Assembly: GCA_026414365.1 (NCBI GenBank)
Contig: JAOAJD010000001.1
Location: 314,144 to 378,143, forward strand
Reading direction: 5' to 3'
Origin: Candidatus Iainarchaeum sp.
GTDB lineage: Archaea; Iainarchaeota; Iainarchaeia; Iainarchaeales; SKW153
Length of the DNA: 64,000 bases
The position numbers were made by a program, and so were the translations under genes. Position 1 is the stretch's first letter, and each line of letters opens with the position of its first letter. The notes beneath the pieces were generated by a model. It saw only the letters and a program-made list of their open reading frames with translations. It was not told the DNA's origin and made no database searches. This document shows, piece after piece, positions 39,559 through 50,007 of this stretch.

Positions 39559-40610
39559 GTTTAAAGGCAAAAGTAGGAATAGTCGGTTATGGAGTTTATA
39601 TTCCTCCCTATAGAATTAAGATAGAAGATATAGCAAAGGCATGGGGTAAAGATGGCAATGATATATCTAAAAGTTTAAATGTATATGAAAAGGCAGTTGC
39701 CGATTTTGATGAGGATGCATGTACAATTGCAGTTGAGGCTGCCAAGAATGCAGTAAATGATTTTAATATAGATGCACAAAAAATAGGTGCTTTGTACGTG
39801 GGTTCAGAAAGCCATCCTTATGCTGTTAAACCAACAGCTTCAATAGTTGGTGATGCAATTAATGCAGGTCCTGATCTTATGTGTGCTGATTTACAATTTG
39901 CGTGCAAAGCAGGTACTGCAGGTATGCAGATATGCTATGGATTAGTAAAAGCCGACTTAATTGAATATGGAATGGCAATTGGTGCAGATACTGCCCAAAG
40001 TAGACCAAATGATGCTTTAGAATTTACTGCCGCTTCAGGAGGAGCAGCATTTATTATAGGAAAAAATGAGGAAGAAGTAATCGCAGAAATTTTAGACACA
40101 TATTCTTATACTACAGATACTCCTGATTTTTGGAGAAGACCAAAAGCAGATTATCCATCTCATGCTGGGAGGTTTACTGGAGAACCTGCTTATTTTAAAC
40201 ATGTGATAAGTGCTGCAAAAAAAATAATGGAAAAAAATAATTTACATTCAAAAGATTTTGATTACGTTGTTTTTCATCAACCAAATGGTAAGTTTCCATT
40301 GAGAGCTGCAGATATTTTGGATTTTGAAAAGAAAAAGGTTGAACCAGGGTTGTTAACCCCGTTTATAGGTAATACCTATTCTGGTGCTTCTATAGTTGGT
40401 TTGGCAGCTGTACTTGATATATCAAAACCAGAAAATATGATTTTATTGGTTAGTTATGGATCAGGAGCTGGTAGTGATGCATTTATTCTAAAAGTCACTG
40501 ACAACATTAAAAATAGATATTCTAAAAACAAAGTAAAAGATATGATAAACTCAAAAGTTTACATAGATTATATTAATTATATAAAACATAGGAAAAAGAT
40601 AAAGGGTTGA
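39555..40610 (+). CDS. HMG-CoA synthase, archaeal type.
   Basis: Thiolase-fold condensing enzyme with active-site Cys in CADLQFACKAG. Overlaps the hmgA stop. Confidence 0.8.
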   Translation: MSLKAKVGIVGYGVYIPPYRIKIEDIAKAWGKDGNDISKSLNVYEKAVADFDEDACTIAVEAAKNAVNDFNIDAQKIGALYVGSESHPYAVKPTASIVGDAINAGPDLMCADLQFACKAGTAGMQICYGLVKADLIEYGMAIGADTAQSRPNDALEFTAASGGAAFIIGKNEEEVIAEILDTYSYTTDTPDFWRRPKADYPSHAGRFTGEPAYFKHVISAAKKIMEKNNLHSKDFDYVVFHQPNGKFPLRAADILDFEKKKVEPGLLTPFIGNTYSGASIVGLAAVLDISKPENMILLVSYGSGAGSDAFILKVTDNIKNRYSKNKVKDMINSKVYIDYINYIKHRKKIKG

Positions 40611-40616
40611 TATTTT

Positions 40617-41789
40617 ATGAGAAGTGTTTCAATAATTGGTGCTGGTATTACTAAATTTGGCGAACATTGGGAGAGATCTTTTAGAGAACTAGTTGTAGAA
40701 GCTGGAATAAAAGCTTTACAAGATGCAGGTATAGAAGGTAAGCAAATTCAAGCTTTATATGGAGGTTGTATGGCATCTGGAATGTTCATAGGTCAAGAAC
40801 ACATTGGTGCGCTCATTGCAGATCAACTAGGTTTAAATCCAATACCTTCTACAAGAGTTGAAGCAGCGTGTGCTTCAGGAGGAGTTGCTTTAAGAAATGC
40901 ATATTTAGCAGTTGCATCAGGGGCATATGATATTGTTGCAGTCGGCGGAGTAGAAAAAATGACAGAAGTTAGTACAACTATTGCAACACAAGCTTTAGGA
41001 GGAGCAGGAGATGAAGAAACAGAATTATTTTTTGGAGCAACTTTTCCAGCATTATATGCTTTAATGGCAAGAAGGCATATGGAGGAATATGGAACAACAG
41101 AAGATCAGTTGGCTATGGTTTCAGTTAAAAATCATAAAAATGCTTGTTTAAATCCATATGCCCAGTTCCAAAAAGAGATTTCGGTAGAAGATGTATTAAA
41201 TTCTGGTTATGTTGCTTCACCTTTAAAATTACTGGATTGTTCTCCAATAACAGATGGTGCAGCTGCTTTAATATTATGTGAAACAAATTTGGCAAGAAAA
41301 ATTTGCGAGAGGCCAGTAGAAGTAGTAGCTTCTGCTCAAGCATCAGATAGCTTAGCTTTGGCAAATAGAAAATCTCTAACAGAATTAAGAGCAACAAAGA
41401 TTGCAGCTAGAGAAATTTATGAAAAAACAGGATTAAAACCAAAAGATATAAGTTTTGCTGAAGTTCATGATTGTTTTACTATCGCAGAGATATTAGCTAT
41501 TGAAGACTTAGGATTTTTTGAGAAGGGTTATGGTGGAAAAGCAACTGAGAAAGGTTTAACAGCATTAAACTCAGAAATATCTATAAATCCAAGTGGTGGT
41601 TTAAAAGGTAAAGGGCATCCAGTTGGTGCTACAGGTGTTGCTCAAGCAGTTGAAGCGTATTTACAACTAAGAGGAGCGGCTGGAAAAAGACAAGTAAAAG
41701 ATGCAAGTTTTGGTTTAACTCATAATGTAGGTGGCTCTGGTGCTACAGTAGTAATTCATGTTTTTAAAGCTATTGAGGGTAAAAGGTGA
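40617..41789 (+). CDS. Acetyl-CoA C-acetyltransferase (thiolase).
   Basis: Catalytic Cys (VEAACASGG) and C-terminal thiolase signature (NPSGGLKGKGHPVGATG). Confidence 0.85.
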   Translation: MRSVSIIGAGITKFGEHWERSFRELVVEAGIKALQDAGIEGKQIQALYGGCMASGMFIGQEHIGALIADQLGLNPIPSTRVEAACASGGVALRNAYLAVASGAYDIVAVGGVEKMTEVSTTIATQALGGAGDEETELFFGATFPALYALMARRHMEEYGTTEDQLAMVSVKNHKNACLNPYAQFQKEISVEDVLNSGYVASPLKLLDCSPITDGAAALILCETNLARKICERPVEVVASAQASDSLALANRKSLTELRATKIAAREIYEKTGLKPKDISFAEVHDCFTIAEILAIEDLGFFEKGYGGKATEKGLTALNSEISINPSGGLKGKGHPVGATGVAQAVEAYLQLRGAAGKRQVKDASFGLTHNVGGSGATVVIHVFKAIEGKR

Positions 41790-42198
41790 TTTAATGTCAA
41801 ATTATGCTTTACCTTTGATATGGAGAAAATTTCCTGAGAGATATAATTTACTAGGTAATAAATGTACTAATTGTGGAAGAAGTTACTTTCCTTCAAGAAA
41901 GATATGTCCTAATTGTAGAAGAAAGGGGCATTTAATTGAAGAAGTTATGCCAAAAGAGGGAAAAATAATTTCTTTTACTAAAGTTTTTTCAGCACCAGAA
42001 GGTTTTGAAGAGGAAGTACCTTATTTCTTGGCAATTATTGAGTTAATTAATGGAGTAAGACTTTTAGCTCAGATAGTAGATAATGAAGATCATAAAGTTT
42101 TGATAGGTGCAAAAGTCAAGATGGTTTTTAGGAAAATATCTGAAAAAGATGAAGAAAGTCCAATAGCTTATGGCTATAAATTTAAGATAGTCGAATAG
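41758..42198 (+). CDS. DUF35 OB-fold/zinc-ribbon protein (scaffold of the thiolase/HMGCS complex).
   Basis: Rubredoxin-like CTNCGR...CPNCRR followed by an OB-fold. Its position after the thiolase is conserved in archaea. Confidence 0.7.
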   Translation: MFLKLLRVKGDLMSNYALPLIWRKFPERYNLLGNKCTNCGRSYFPSRKICPNCRRKGHLIEEVMPKEGKIISFTKVFSAPEGFEEEVPYFLAIIELINGVRLLAQIVDNEDHKVLIGAKVKMVFRKISEKDEESPIAYGYKFKIVE

Positions 42199-42204
42199 TT
42201 TTTT

Positions 42205-43137
42205 ATGTCAAAAGGAATAGGTTACGGAAAAATAATTTTATTTGGGGAACATTTTGTAATTTATGGTTTGCCAGCAATAGCGGCTTCTATAGACTTAAAG
42301 ACAGATGTGGATCTTATTTTTGACCCATCTTTGACAGATATAAAGCTTTCTGGTGTGTTTAATAACGAAAAAGCAAAAGAGATAACCAATGCAATATTAA
42401 ATAATCTTGGAATAAAAGAGAGAAGTTTATTTTTTAATGTAAAAACAAATATTCCAGTTGCTTCAGGTTTAGGATCAAGCGCTGCTTTGAGTGTAGCTAT
42501 AGCAAGAGCAATAAATAATACTTTTATGTTAGGGTTAAGTGATAAAGATATTTGTAAAGCTTCTTATGAAGGCGAAAAAGTTGCTCATGGGAATCCTTCT
42601 GGTGTAGATAATACTGTCGCTACATATAGAGGAATTATTTTATTTGAAAGAGGTGAAAGATTTGAAGATAATAAAATAGATCCAATTACTATAGATTATT
42701 CGATTGATATAATTATAGGTAATACAGGCATAAAAGGAAATACAAAAGAAGTAGTAATGTCTGTAAAAAAATGGTTGGATGATAACCCAGAAAGAGCAAA
42801 ATCTATTTTTGATGAGGTTAAAGAAATTGTTCTTGAAGCAAAAGAGAGTCTCAAAAACAAAAATCTTATTAAGCTTGGTTCTCTAATGAACAAAAATCAC
42901 TCTTTACTTAAAGAAGTAGGTGCTTCTTGTAAGGAATTGGAATTACTCTGTGAAACTGCTTTAGAAGCAGGCGCTTTGGGTGCTAAACTAGTAGGTTCTG
43001 GTGGTGGTGGTTGCATGATAGCTTTGCCGAAAGACAAAAAGAACGCTAATGAAATAGTTGAATGTTTTAAAGAATTAGGTTTTGAAGCAATTATAACAAA
43101 AATAGGTGGTAACGTTGAAATTAGTAGTAGCAATTAG
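42205..43137 (+). CDS. mvk: Mevalonate kinase (GHMP kinase).
   Basis: N-terminal GKIILFGEHFVIYG and the GHMP ATP motif PVASGLGSSAA. Confidence 0.8.
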   Translation: MSKGIGYGKIILFGEHFVIYGLPAIAASIDLKTDVDLIFDPSLTDIKLSGVFNNEKAKEITNAILNNLGIKERSLFFNVKTNIPVASGLGSSAALSVAIARAINNTFMLGLSDKDICKASYEGEKVAHGNPSGVDNTVATYRGIILFERGERFEDNKIDPITIDYSIDIIIGNTGIKGNTKEVVMSVKKWLDDNPERAKSIFDEVKEIVLEAKESLKNKNLIKLGSLMNKNHSLLKEVGASCKELELLCETALEAGALGAKLVGSGGGGCMIALPKDKKNANEIVECFKELGFEAIITKIGGNVEISSSN

Positions 43138-43678
43138 TGGAGCTTCTGGGGTTGTTTATGCGCATCATTTTCTGAGATCTATTAGCAAAATAAAAGATAT
43201 TGAAGTTTATTTAATAATTAGCGATTGGGCTAAAGAAATAATGAAGCAAGAATGTGGTATTAATTATAAAGAGCTAAAAAAGATTGTTAAAGCAATTTAT
43301 GATTCTAAAGATATGACAGCACCAATAGCATCAAGTTCTTTTTTAGTTGATGCAATGGTTATAATACCATGCTCTATAAAAACAGCTTCTGAGATAGCAA
43401 ATGCTAGTTGCAATACTTTAATATCAAGAGCAGCAGACAACATTTTAAAAATGAGGAAAAAGTTAATTGTTTGTGTGAGAGAAACTCCTTTAAGTACACC
43501 AGCTTTAGAGCAATTATATAAATTATCTTTAATAGGAGCAGTAGTTATGCCTTTGAGTCCTGCTTTTTATCATAAGCCTAAAAGCATAGAAGATATGTTT
43601 TGTTTTATAACAGGTAAAATAAAAGATTTGTTAGAAATAAAAAACAACGAATTTACGAGGTGGGGCAGTGAGCTTTAG
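43106..43678 (+). CDS. UbiX-like flavin prenyltransferase (prenyl-FMN synthase).
   Basis: Flavoprotein fold with an N-terminal VVAISGASG motif, about 190 aa. Confidence 0.8.
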   Translation: MVTLKLVVAISGASGVVYAHHFLRSISKIKDIEVYLIISDWAKEIMKQECGINYKELKKIVKAIYDSKDMTAPIASSSFLVDAMVIIPCSIKTASEIANASCNTLISRAADNILKMRKKLIVCVRETPLSTPALEQLYKLSLIGAVVMPLSPAFYHKPKSIEDMFCFITGKIKDLLEIKNNEFTRWGSEL

Positions 43679-44969
43679 AGATTATATAAAAAAATTAGAA
43701 AAGAAAAGAAATCTCATAAGAATAAAAAAACCAGTGTCAAAAAATTTAGAAGCCTCTGCAATAATAAATGAGCTTAAAGATAAACCAGTTTTATTTGAGA
43801 ATATAAAAGAATCAAATTTCAAAGTTTCAGCAAATATTTTTGCAACCAAACAACTTATTGCGGATTATTTTGGTGTTTCAGTTCAAGAGCTTTTAGAAAA
43901 GATGCTTTATGCAATTGAGAATCCATCTGAACCAAAATTAGTTAAAAATGCGCCTTGCCAAGAAGTTGAATTACCCATAGATTTAGATAAATTACCAATT
44001 TTGTTTCATTGTGAAAAAGACGGAGGTAACTATATAAGTTCAGGAGTTTGTATAATTACAGATAAAGAATATGGGCAGAATGTTGATTTCCATCGATGTA
44101 TGCAAATATCAAAAAATAAATTTAGTGTTAGAGTTGTAGAAGGCAGACATTTTGATATATTTTTAAAAAAGAACAAAGATATGCCGGTAGCGGTTTGTAT
44201 TGGCAATTCTCCAAATGTTTTGTTGGCTGCTGCCACTTCTGTAAATCTAGGTCAAAACGAACTTTGTATTGCAAATAGTTTGGAAGAACTTAATGTTGTT
44301 AAAGCAAAAACATTTGATGCATTAATTCCCGCAGATTGTGAGTTTGTTTTAGAGGGCATAATAAGAGAAAATGAAAGACATACTGAAGGACCGTTTGTGG
44401 ATTTAACAGAGACATACGATATTGTGAGAGATGAACCTGTATTGGAAATAAAGAAGATAACTTGTAGAAGAGATGCTATATGGCAAGCATTATTACCTGG
44501 GGGACTAGAACATAAAATTTTAATGGGTATGCCTCGGGAGCCAACAATTTTTAAGAAGGTTAAAGATGCAGGAATAAATTGCTTAGATGTTAGTTTAACA
44601 CCGGGTGGTTGTAGTTGGTTGCATGCTGTTGTTAAGATAAATAAAAAAGAAGAGAATGATGGAAAAAAAACAGTATATGCGGCATTTGAAGGTCATAAAA
44701 GTTGTAAACATGTTTTTGTAGTAGATGACGATATAGATATTTATGATCCCAATTGTATTGAGTGGGCTTTGGCTACAAGATTCCAAGCAGACAGTGATTT
44801 AATAATATTAAAAAATCAGAAGGGTTCTAGTTTAGATCCCAGCGCTGACCCAAAGACTTCTCTGACTACAAAATGTGGTTTTGACCTAACAAAGCCATTA
44901 TTAGTAAAAGGAAAAAACTTTGAAAAAGCAGAGTATCCTAAAACAAATTTGAAATACTTTTTAGATTAA
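43668..44969 (+). CDS. UbiD-family decarboxylase: candidate trans-anhydromevalonate-5-phosphate decarboxylase.
   Basis: UbiD-family length and layout. It is flanked by UbiX and AcnX genes, as in the archaeal MVA pathway. Confidence 0.7.
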   Translation: MSFRDYIKKLEKKRNLIRIKKPVSKNLEASAIINELKDKPVLFENIKESNFKVSANIFATKQLIADYFGVSVQELLEKMLYAIENPSEPKLVKNAPCQEVELPIDLDKLPILFHCEKDGGNYISSGVCIITDKEYGQNVDFHRCMQISKNKFSVRVVEGRHFDIFLKKNKDMPVAVCIGNSPNVLLAAATSVNLGQNELCIANSLEELNVVKAKTFDALIPADCEFVLEGIIRENERHTEGPFVDLTETYDIVRDEPVLEIKKITCRRDAIWQALLPGGLEHKILMGMPREPTIFKKVKDAGINCLDVSLTPGGCSWLHAVVKINKKEENDGKKTVYAAFEGHKSCKHVFVVDDDIDIYDPNCIEWALATRFQADSDLIILKNQKGSSLDPSADPKTSLTTKCGFDLTKPLLVKGKNFEKAEYPKTNLKYFLD

Positions 44970-44976
44970 TATTTTA

Positions 44977-46158
44977 GTGTTTGTTATGATACTAAATAAA
45001 GAAGAAAAAGATATGTTAAATGGAAAATATGGCTACGCAGTACAGAAAAGCATGGAAATATTAGTCGCTATAGGTGAAATATATGAAGCAAAAAGAATGG
45101 TTCCTATTGTATCAGCACAAATAGCAGGTGTTAGTTATGATAATTTAGGAGATGCAGGCATTGAGTTTTTAGAAGAAATTTCAAAAGATGCAAAAGTTAG
45201 GGTTATTACAACCCTTAACCCAGCAGGCATGGATCTAGAAGATTGGAAAAAATTGGGAATAAGTGATGACTTTGCTGAGAAACAACTTAAGATAATTAAG
45301 ATATTTTCAAATATTGGTGTTATCCCAACTTGTACCTGTACACCTTATTTTGTTGGAAATACTTCTCATTTTGGCCAACATGTTGCTTGGAGTGAAAGTT
45401 CTGCTGTAATTTATGGAAATTCAGTTATTGGTTTGTATACAAACAGAGAGGGCGGTCCAAGTGCATTGGCAGCGGCGATTACTGGAAGGACGCCTTATTA
45501 TGGTTATCATTTAGATGAAAATAGGCAGGCAAAAGTAAAAATTATTGTTGAGGCAGATATTAAAAATGATGTTGATTTTGGTATCTTAGGTAAAATAATA
45601 GGTCAAAAGATAAAAGATAAAGTATGCTACATAACAGGAATCAAAGAAGCTTCTGTAGATAAGTTAAAAATATTTGGTGCTTCTCTAGCAACTTATGGTG
45701 GGGCATCTTTGTTTCATATTGAAGGTATAACACCAAACAAAACAGATATCCCTAAAGATGAAATTGTTGTTAGCCAAGACGAGATATTCAGAGAAAAAGA
45801 ATTAATGAGCGATGTTGGTGATGTCGATTTTATTTCCCTCGGTTGTCCGCATGCTTCTTTAGAAGAGGTTGCTACAATAGCCTCTTTATTAAAGAATAAA
45901 AAAGTAAAAAAAGAGCTATGGATTTGTACTTCAAGATCTGTTTATGAAATTTCAAAAAGAGCAGGTTATGTTAGAGCTATTGAAGATTCAGGTGCAAAGT
46001 TTGCAGTTGATAGTTGTATGGTCGTTGCTCCAATAAAAGGAAGATTTAAGGCAATGGCAACAAATTCAGCCAAGGCAGCTTATTATGCAAAATCAAAAAA
46101 TAATTTTAAAGTTTTGTATAAACCTTTAGAAGAATGTATAAAGTTAGCTATAGAATGA
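44977..46158 (+). CDS. Aconitase X large subunit: candidate phosphomevalonate dehydratase.
   Basis: AcnX/DUF521-like protein located in the MVA cluster. Confidence 0.65.
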   Translation: MFVMILNKEEKDMLNGKYGYAVQKSMEILVAIGEIYEAKRMVPIVSAQIAGVSYDNLGDAGIEFLEEISKDAKVRVITTLNPAGMDLEDWKKLGISDDFAEKQLKIIKIFSNIGVIPTCTCTPYFVGNTSHFGQHVAWSESSAVIYGNSVIGLYTNREGGPSALAAAITGRTPYYGYHLDENRQAKVKIIVEADIKNDVDFGILGKIIGQKIKDKVCYITGIKEASVDKLKIFGASLATYGGASLFHIEGITPNKTDIPKDEIVVSQDEIFREKELMSDVGDVDFISLGCPHASLEEVATIASLLKNKKVKKELWICTSRSVYEISKRAGYVRAIEDSGAKFAVDSCMVVAPIKGRFKAMATNSAKAAYYAKSKNNFKVLYKPLEECIKLAIE

Positions 46159-46186
46159 ATTTTTTTTGATTTATTAAGGTGGTTCG

Positions 46187-46582
46187 TTGGAATTAAAAGG
46201 GAGAACTATTAGCAAAGGTTTTGCTAGAGGTGTTGCGTTAGTTAGCAAGGATCCAATTTCATTTTACGGTGGTGTAGACCCAGAAACAGGAAATATTTCA
46301 GAAAAAGGACATTATATAGAAGGAAAGAATATTTCTGGGAAGATATTAGTTTTTCCGCAGGGTAAAGGTTCGACTGTTGGCAGTTATGTTTTATATAGAT
46401 TAAAGAAAAATGGTAAAGCTCCTTTGGCCATAGTAAACAAAGAGTGTGAAACTATAGTTGCGGTGGGAGCTATTATAGCTGAGGTTCCATGTGTAGATAA
46501 AATAGATATTGAAAAAATAAAAGATGGGGCTATTTTAGAGGTTGATGCCAATAAAGGAGTTGTTAGAATTTTAGGCGATTAA
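46187..46582 (+). CDS. Aconitase X small (swivel) subunit.
   Basis: DUF126-like small protein directly downstream of AcnX-large. TTG start with an AGGTGG SD 7 nt upstream. Confidence 0.6.
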   Translation: MELKGRTISKGFARGVALVSKDPISFYGGVDPETGNISEKGHYIEGKNISGKILVFPQGKGSTVGSYVLYRLKKNGKAPLAIVNKECETIVAVGAIIAEVPCVDKIDIEKIKDGAILEVDANKGVVRILGD

Positions 46583-46593
46583 CTCTCTTTATT

Positions 46594-47034
46594 TTATTCT
46601 CCAATTATTTTTATTAAAACCTTTTTTCTTCTTTGTCCATCAAACTCTGCATAAAATATTTGTTCCCATGGTCCTAAGTGTAATTTTCCATTTGTTATGG
46701 CCATAACAACTTGATGGCTCATAAGTTGTCTCCAGATATGTGCTGCGGCATTGTCTTCATAGGTATTATGCTCGTATTTATCGTTATAAGGAACAAGCTT
46801 TTCTAATACTCTTTTGAAGTCATTTATTAGACCAGATTCATTGTCGTTTACTATCACTGCAGCAGTTATATGCATTGGGTTCACTAAAACCAAACCTTCT
46901 TTTATTTTTGATTCTTTTATAGCTTCTTCTACCATTTCTGTTATTCTAATAAATTCTATTTTGTTTTTAGTGTTAAATTCTAGAATTTTAGTATAACTTT
47001 TCATGTTCTCACATTTTCTGAGTTTTATGTTCAT
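46594..47034 (-). CDS. YjbQ/UPF0047 family protein (secondary thiamine-phosphate synthase-like).
   Basis: Conserved [15 protein letters not shown]...[19 protein letters not shown] pattern of UPF0047. Confidence 0.65.
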   Translation of the reverse strand: MNIKLRKCENMKSYTKILEFNTKNKIEFIRITEMVEEAIKESKIKEGLVLVNPMHITAAVIVNDNESGLINDFKRVLEKLVPYNDKYEHNTYEDNAAAHIWRQLMSHQVVMAITNGKLHLGPWEQIFYAEFDGQRRKKVLIKIIGE

Positions 47035-47889
47035 TTGTTTGAGAAATATTATATATTAGAATCATCAAATCTTTATTTTAATATGCACATTATGCATCCT
47101 ATTTACATTTTGAAATTAGGTGGTTCTTCTATAACAGAAAAGCATTCAAACGAGTTCATAGTAAACCAAAAAGTATTGGCTGAAACGGCAAGAGCAATAT
47201 CGCATTCTATGAAAAAAAAGAATTTTTGTTTGATTGTTGTGCATGGTGCTGGGCCTTTTGGGCACAGACTAGTAAAGCAGTATAAAATAGAGGATAGAGT
47301 TTTAACAGAAGAGCAAGTAAGAGGTTTTGTTAGAACACACAAATCTGTTGCTGACCTAAATAATATAGTACTTAATTCTTTTATTGAGCACAACATAGAT
47401 GCGTTTTCCATTCAACCATCTGCTTGCATAATCCAAAAAAATAAGAAAATTGAAAAATTTGATTTAGAAATAATAAAAGAACTTTTATCAAAAAAGATAG
47501 TTCCTATCCTTTATGGAGATATGGTGGTTGATGTTTCTTTAGGTGCTTCTGTCATAAGTGGTGACACTATAGTAACTTATCTAGCAAAAAAATTGAAAGC
47601 AACTAAAGTTTTTTTTGGTACAAACGTAGATGGAATTTATAATAAAGATCCTAACAGATATAAAGATGCTAAGTTAATAAGAAATATAACTTATCACAAT
47701 ATAGATGATGTTTTAAATTACGTGTCAGGATCTTTAGCAATAGACGTAACAAAAGGAATGAAAGGTAAACTATCAGAAATAGCGAATAACCTTAAAGGTA
47801 TCGAGTGTTATATATTTAAGCTAAGTGAAGAAAATCTAAAAGCACTTTTAGAGGATAAAACAATAGATTGTACTAAGATATTTTTGTGA
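47035..47889 (+). CDS. Isopentenyl phosphate kinase.
   Basis: Amino-acid-kinase fold [10 protein letters not shown]...[10 protein letters not shown]. The true start is probably an internal Met (MHIMHP) about 48 nt downstream. Confidence 0.75.
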   Translation: MFEKYYILESSNLYFNMHIMHPIYILKLGGSSITEKHSNEFIVNQKVLAETARAISHSMKKKNFCLIVVHGAGPFGHRLVKQYKIEDRVLTEEQVRGFVRTHKSVADLNNIVLNSFIEHNIDAFSIQPSACIIQKNKKIEKFDLEIIKELLSKKIVPILYGDMVVDVSLGASVISGDTIVTYLAKKLKATKVFFGTNVDGIYNKDPNRYKDAKLIRNITYHNIDDVLNYVSGSLAIDVTKGMKGKLSEIANNLKGIECYIFKLSEENLKALLEDKTIDCTKIFL

Positions 47890-47895
47890 TCTTTT

Positions 47896-48951
47896 ATGAA
47901 AACAGAAAAAAGGAAATTAGAGCATTTAGAGATATGTTTGAATAAAGATGTTAATTTTAAGGAAAAAACAACAATGCTTGAAGATGTTGAATTGATATAC
48001 AAAGCTTTGCCAGAAATTAGCAAAAAAGAAATTTCTTTAAAAACAACTTTTTTAGAGAAGGATTTTGATTTACCTTTTATGGTTTCTGCCATCACAGGAG
48101 GTACAAAAAAAGCAGAGCAGATAAACAAAGATATTGCAAAGGCTTGTCAAGCTTTAGGCATAGCTATGCAATTAGGAAGTCAAAGAGCAATGTTAGAAGA
48201 CAATTCCCTGACAGAAACTTATTTTGTAAGAGATGTTGCACCTGATATTTTTTTGTTAGGGAATATAGGTGTTGCTCAATTAGAGAAGTATTCAATAAAC
48301 GAAATAAAAAATATGCTTGATTCTGTTGAAGCAAATGCTTTATGTGTTCATATAAATGCAGCTCAGGAAATAATCCAGAAAGAGGGTGATCATGATTTTA
48401 GAGGCATGGTGAAAAGGATAAAGAGGCTTGCAGATCAATTACCTTATCCAATAGTTGTGAAGGAAGTTGGCCACGGCATAAGTAGAGAAATTGCTTCCGA
48501 GCTTGCTAAAACTAAGATAAGTGCTATAGATATTCAAGGTTCAGGTGGAACTTCTTGGATTATGGTTGACGCTTATAGAGACAAAAATTCTTTTGTTCTG
48601 GGAAAGATATTCAGAGATTTTGGCATACCTACTGCAGCATCCTTGTTAGAGGTTAGATCAGTGTTTAAAAGGCCAATAATTGCAAGTGGCGGAATAAGGA
48701 ATGGTTTGGAATGTGCTAAGTGTTTTGCTCTAGGTGCTTCTCTTTGTGGTTTAGCTTTGCCTGTTTTAAGAGCACAGTCAAAACAAGGTTTTAAAGGTGT
48801 AGAAAGATTATTCAATAATTTAGCTGAAGAATTGAAGATAGCAATGTTTATGACTGGCTCAAAAAATATAGAGGATCTTAAAAAAGCAGATTATATTTTA
48901 AAAGATAATCTTGCTTTTTGGTATAACCAAAGAATAAAGGGTCTTATTTGA
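47896..48951 (+). CDS. fni: Isopentenyl-diphosphate delta-isomerase type 2 (FMN-dependent).
   Basis: TIM-barrel FMN enzyme with an IDI2-like length and a glycine-rich C-terminal FMN loop (ASGGIRNG). Confidence 0.8.
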   Translation: MKTEKRKLEHLEICLNKDVNFKEKTTMLEDVELIYKALPEISKKEISLKTTFLEKDFDLPFMVSAITGGTKKAEQINKDIAKACQALGIAMQLGSQRAMLEDNSLTETYFVRDVAPDIFLLGNIGVAQLEKYSINEIKNMLDSVEANALCVHINAAQEIIQKEGDHDFRGMVKRIKRLADQLPYPIVVKEVGHGISREIASELAKTKISAIDIQGSGGTSWIMVDAYRDKNSFVLGKIFRDFGIPTAASLLEVRSVFKRPIIASGGIRNGLECAKCFALGASLCGLALPVLRAQSKQGFKGVERLFNNLAEELKIAMFMTGSKNIEDLKKADYILKDNLAFWYNQRIKGLI

Positions 48952-49967
48952 AATTTAAGCTTCCTTTTGAAAAAATAGATGAAAATAATTTAGATAATAT
49001 TGCAGAATATATTTTTGAAAAGCTTAAAGATTATGAGTTCAGTTCTTTTATGGTTGGTTTCTCTTTTGAGAAGGGAATAGATGAAAATATAAAGAAGGAT
49101 TTTAGAAGAAAGATACAATACAATTTAACAAAAAAGCTTAGCAACTTATTTTCAGTTTCTGTAAATTATAACAACCCTGACCTTTCTTTAATAGTAGATA
49201 TTAATAAAAAAAATTTTTCAATATACGTAAGACCCGTTTATCTTTTTGGTAGATATAAAAAGTACTCTAGAGAAATTTCACAAACTGTATTCTATTGTCC
49301 GTATTGTAAGGGCAGAGGTTGCTTAAAGTGTAATATGAAGGGTAAGTTAAACTATATTTCTATTGAGGAACTATTAAGAGATGAAATATTAACATGTTTC
49401 GAGGCAGAAAGATTGGTTTTTCATGGTGCGGGTAGAGAAGATATTGATGTTAGAATGCTAGGGAACGGCAGACCTTTTGTTGTCGAACTAATTGGGCCAA
49501 AAAAAAGAAATGTTAATTTACAGAACATTGTTAGAGAAATTAACAGATCGAATGAAAATAAATTCGAGCTGGTGGATTTACAATATTGCGATAAAGCTAA
49601 GATTGTTGAGATAAAGAATAGTAAGCATGATAAAAAATATTGCTTAATCGCAGAATCCGACAAGGCTATAGAAGACAGTTCATTAGATAACCTAAAAAAT
49701 ATTCTAAATAGAGAGCTTGTAATTTACCAAAGGACTCCTATAAGAGTCTCTGCCAGAAGAAGTGATGTTGTCAGAAGAAAAAAAATTAGTTTAATTTCTT
49801 TTGAGAAAATAGATGAAAGATCTATAAGAGTTGTATTAGTTGCAGAACATGGCACTTATATAAAAGAATTTGTTAGTTCTGACAATGGCAGAACAAAACC
49901 AAGTTTAAGCTCGATTTTGGGTTTAAATTTATTGTGTAAAGAATTGGATGTTTTAGAAATTATTTAA
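48948..49967 (+). CDS. tRNA pseudouridine synthase Pus10.
   Basis: Zinc ribbon YCPYCKGRGCLKC and the C-terminal Pus10 catalytic region (EHGTYIKEFV...DNGRTKPS). Confidence 0.65.
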   Translation: MKFKLPFEKIDENNLDNIAEYIFEKLKDYEFSSFMVGFSFEKGIDENIKKDFRRKIQYNLTKKLSNLFSVSVNYNNPDLSLIVDINKKNFSIYVRPVYLFGRYKKYSREISQTVFYCPYCKGRGCLKCNMKGKLNYISIEELLRDEILTCFEAERLVFHGAGREDIDVRMLGNGRPFVVELIGPKKRNVNLQNIVREINRSNENKFELVDLQYCDKAKIVEIKNSKHDKKYCLIAESDKAIEDSSLDNLKNILNRELVIYQRTPIRVSARRSDVVRRKKISLISFEKIDERSIRVVLVAEHGTYIKEFVSSDNGRTKPSLSSILGLNLLCKELDVLEII

Positions 49968-50007
49968 AAAGTTAACTTTACTTTATAGATAGACATTTTT
50001 TTTAAAA

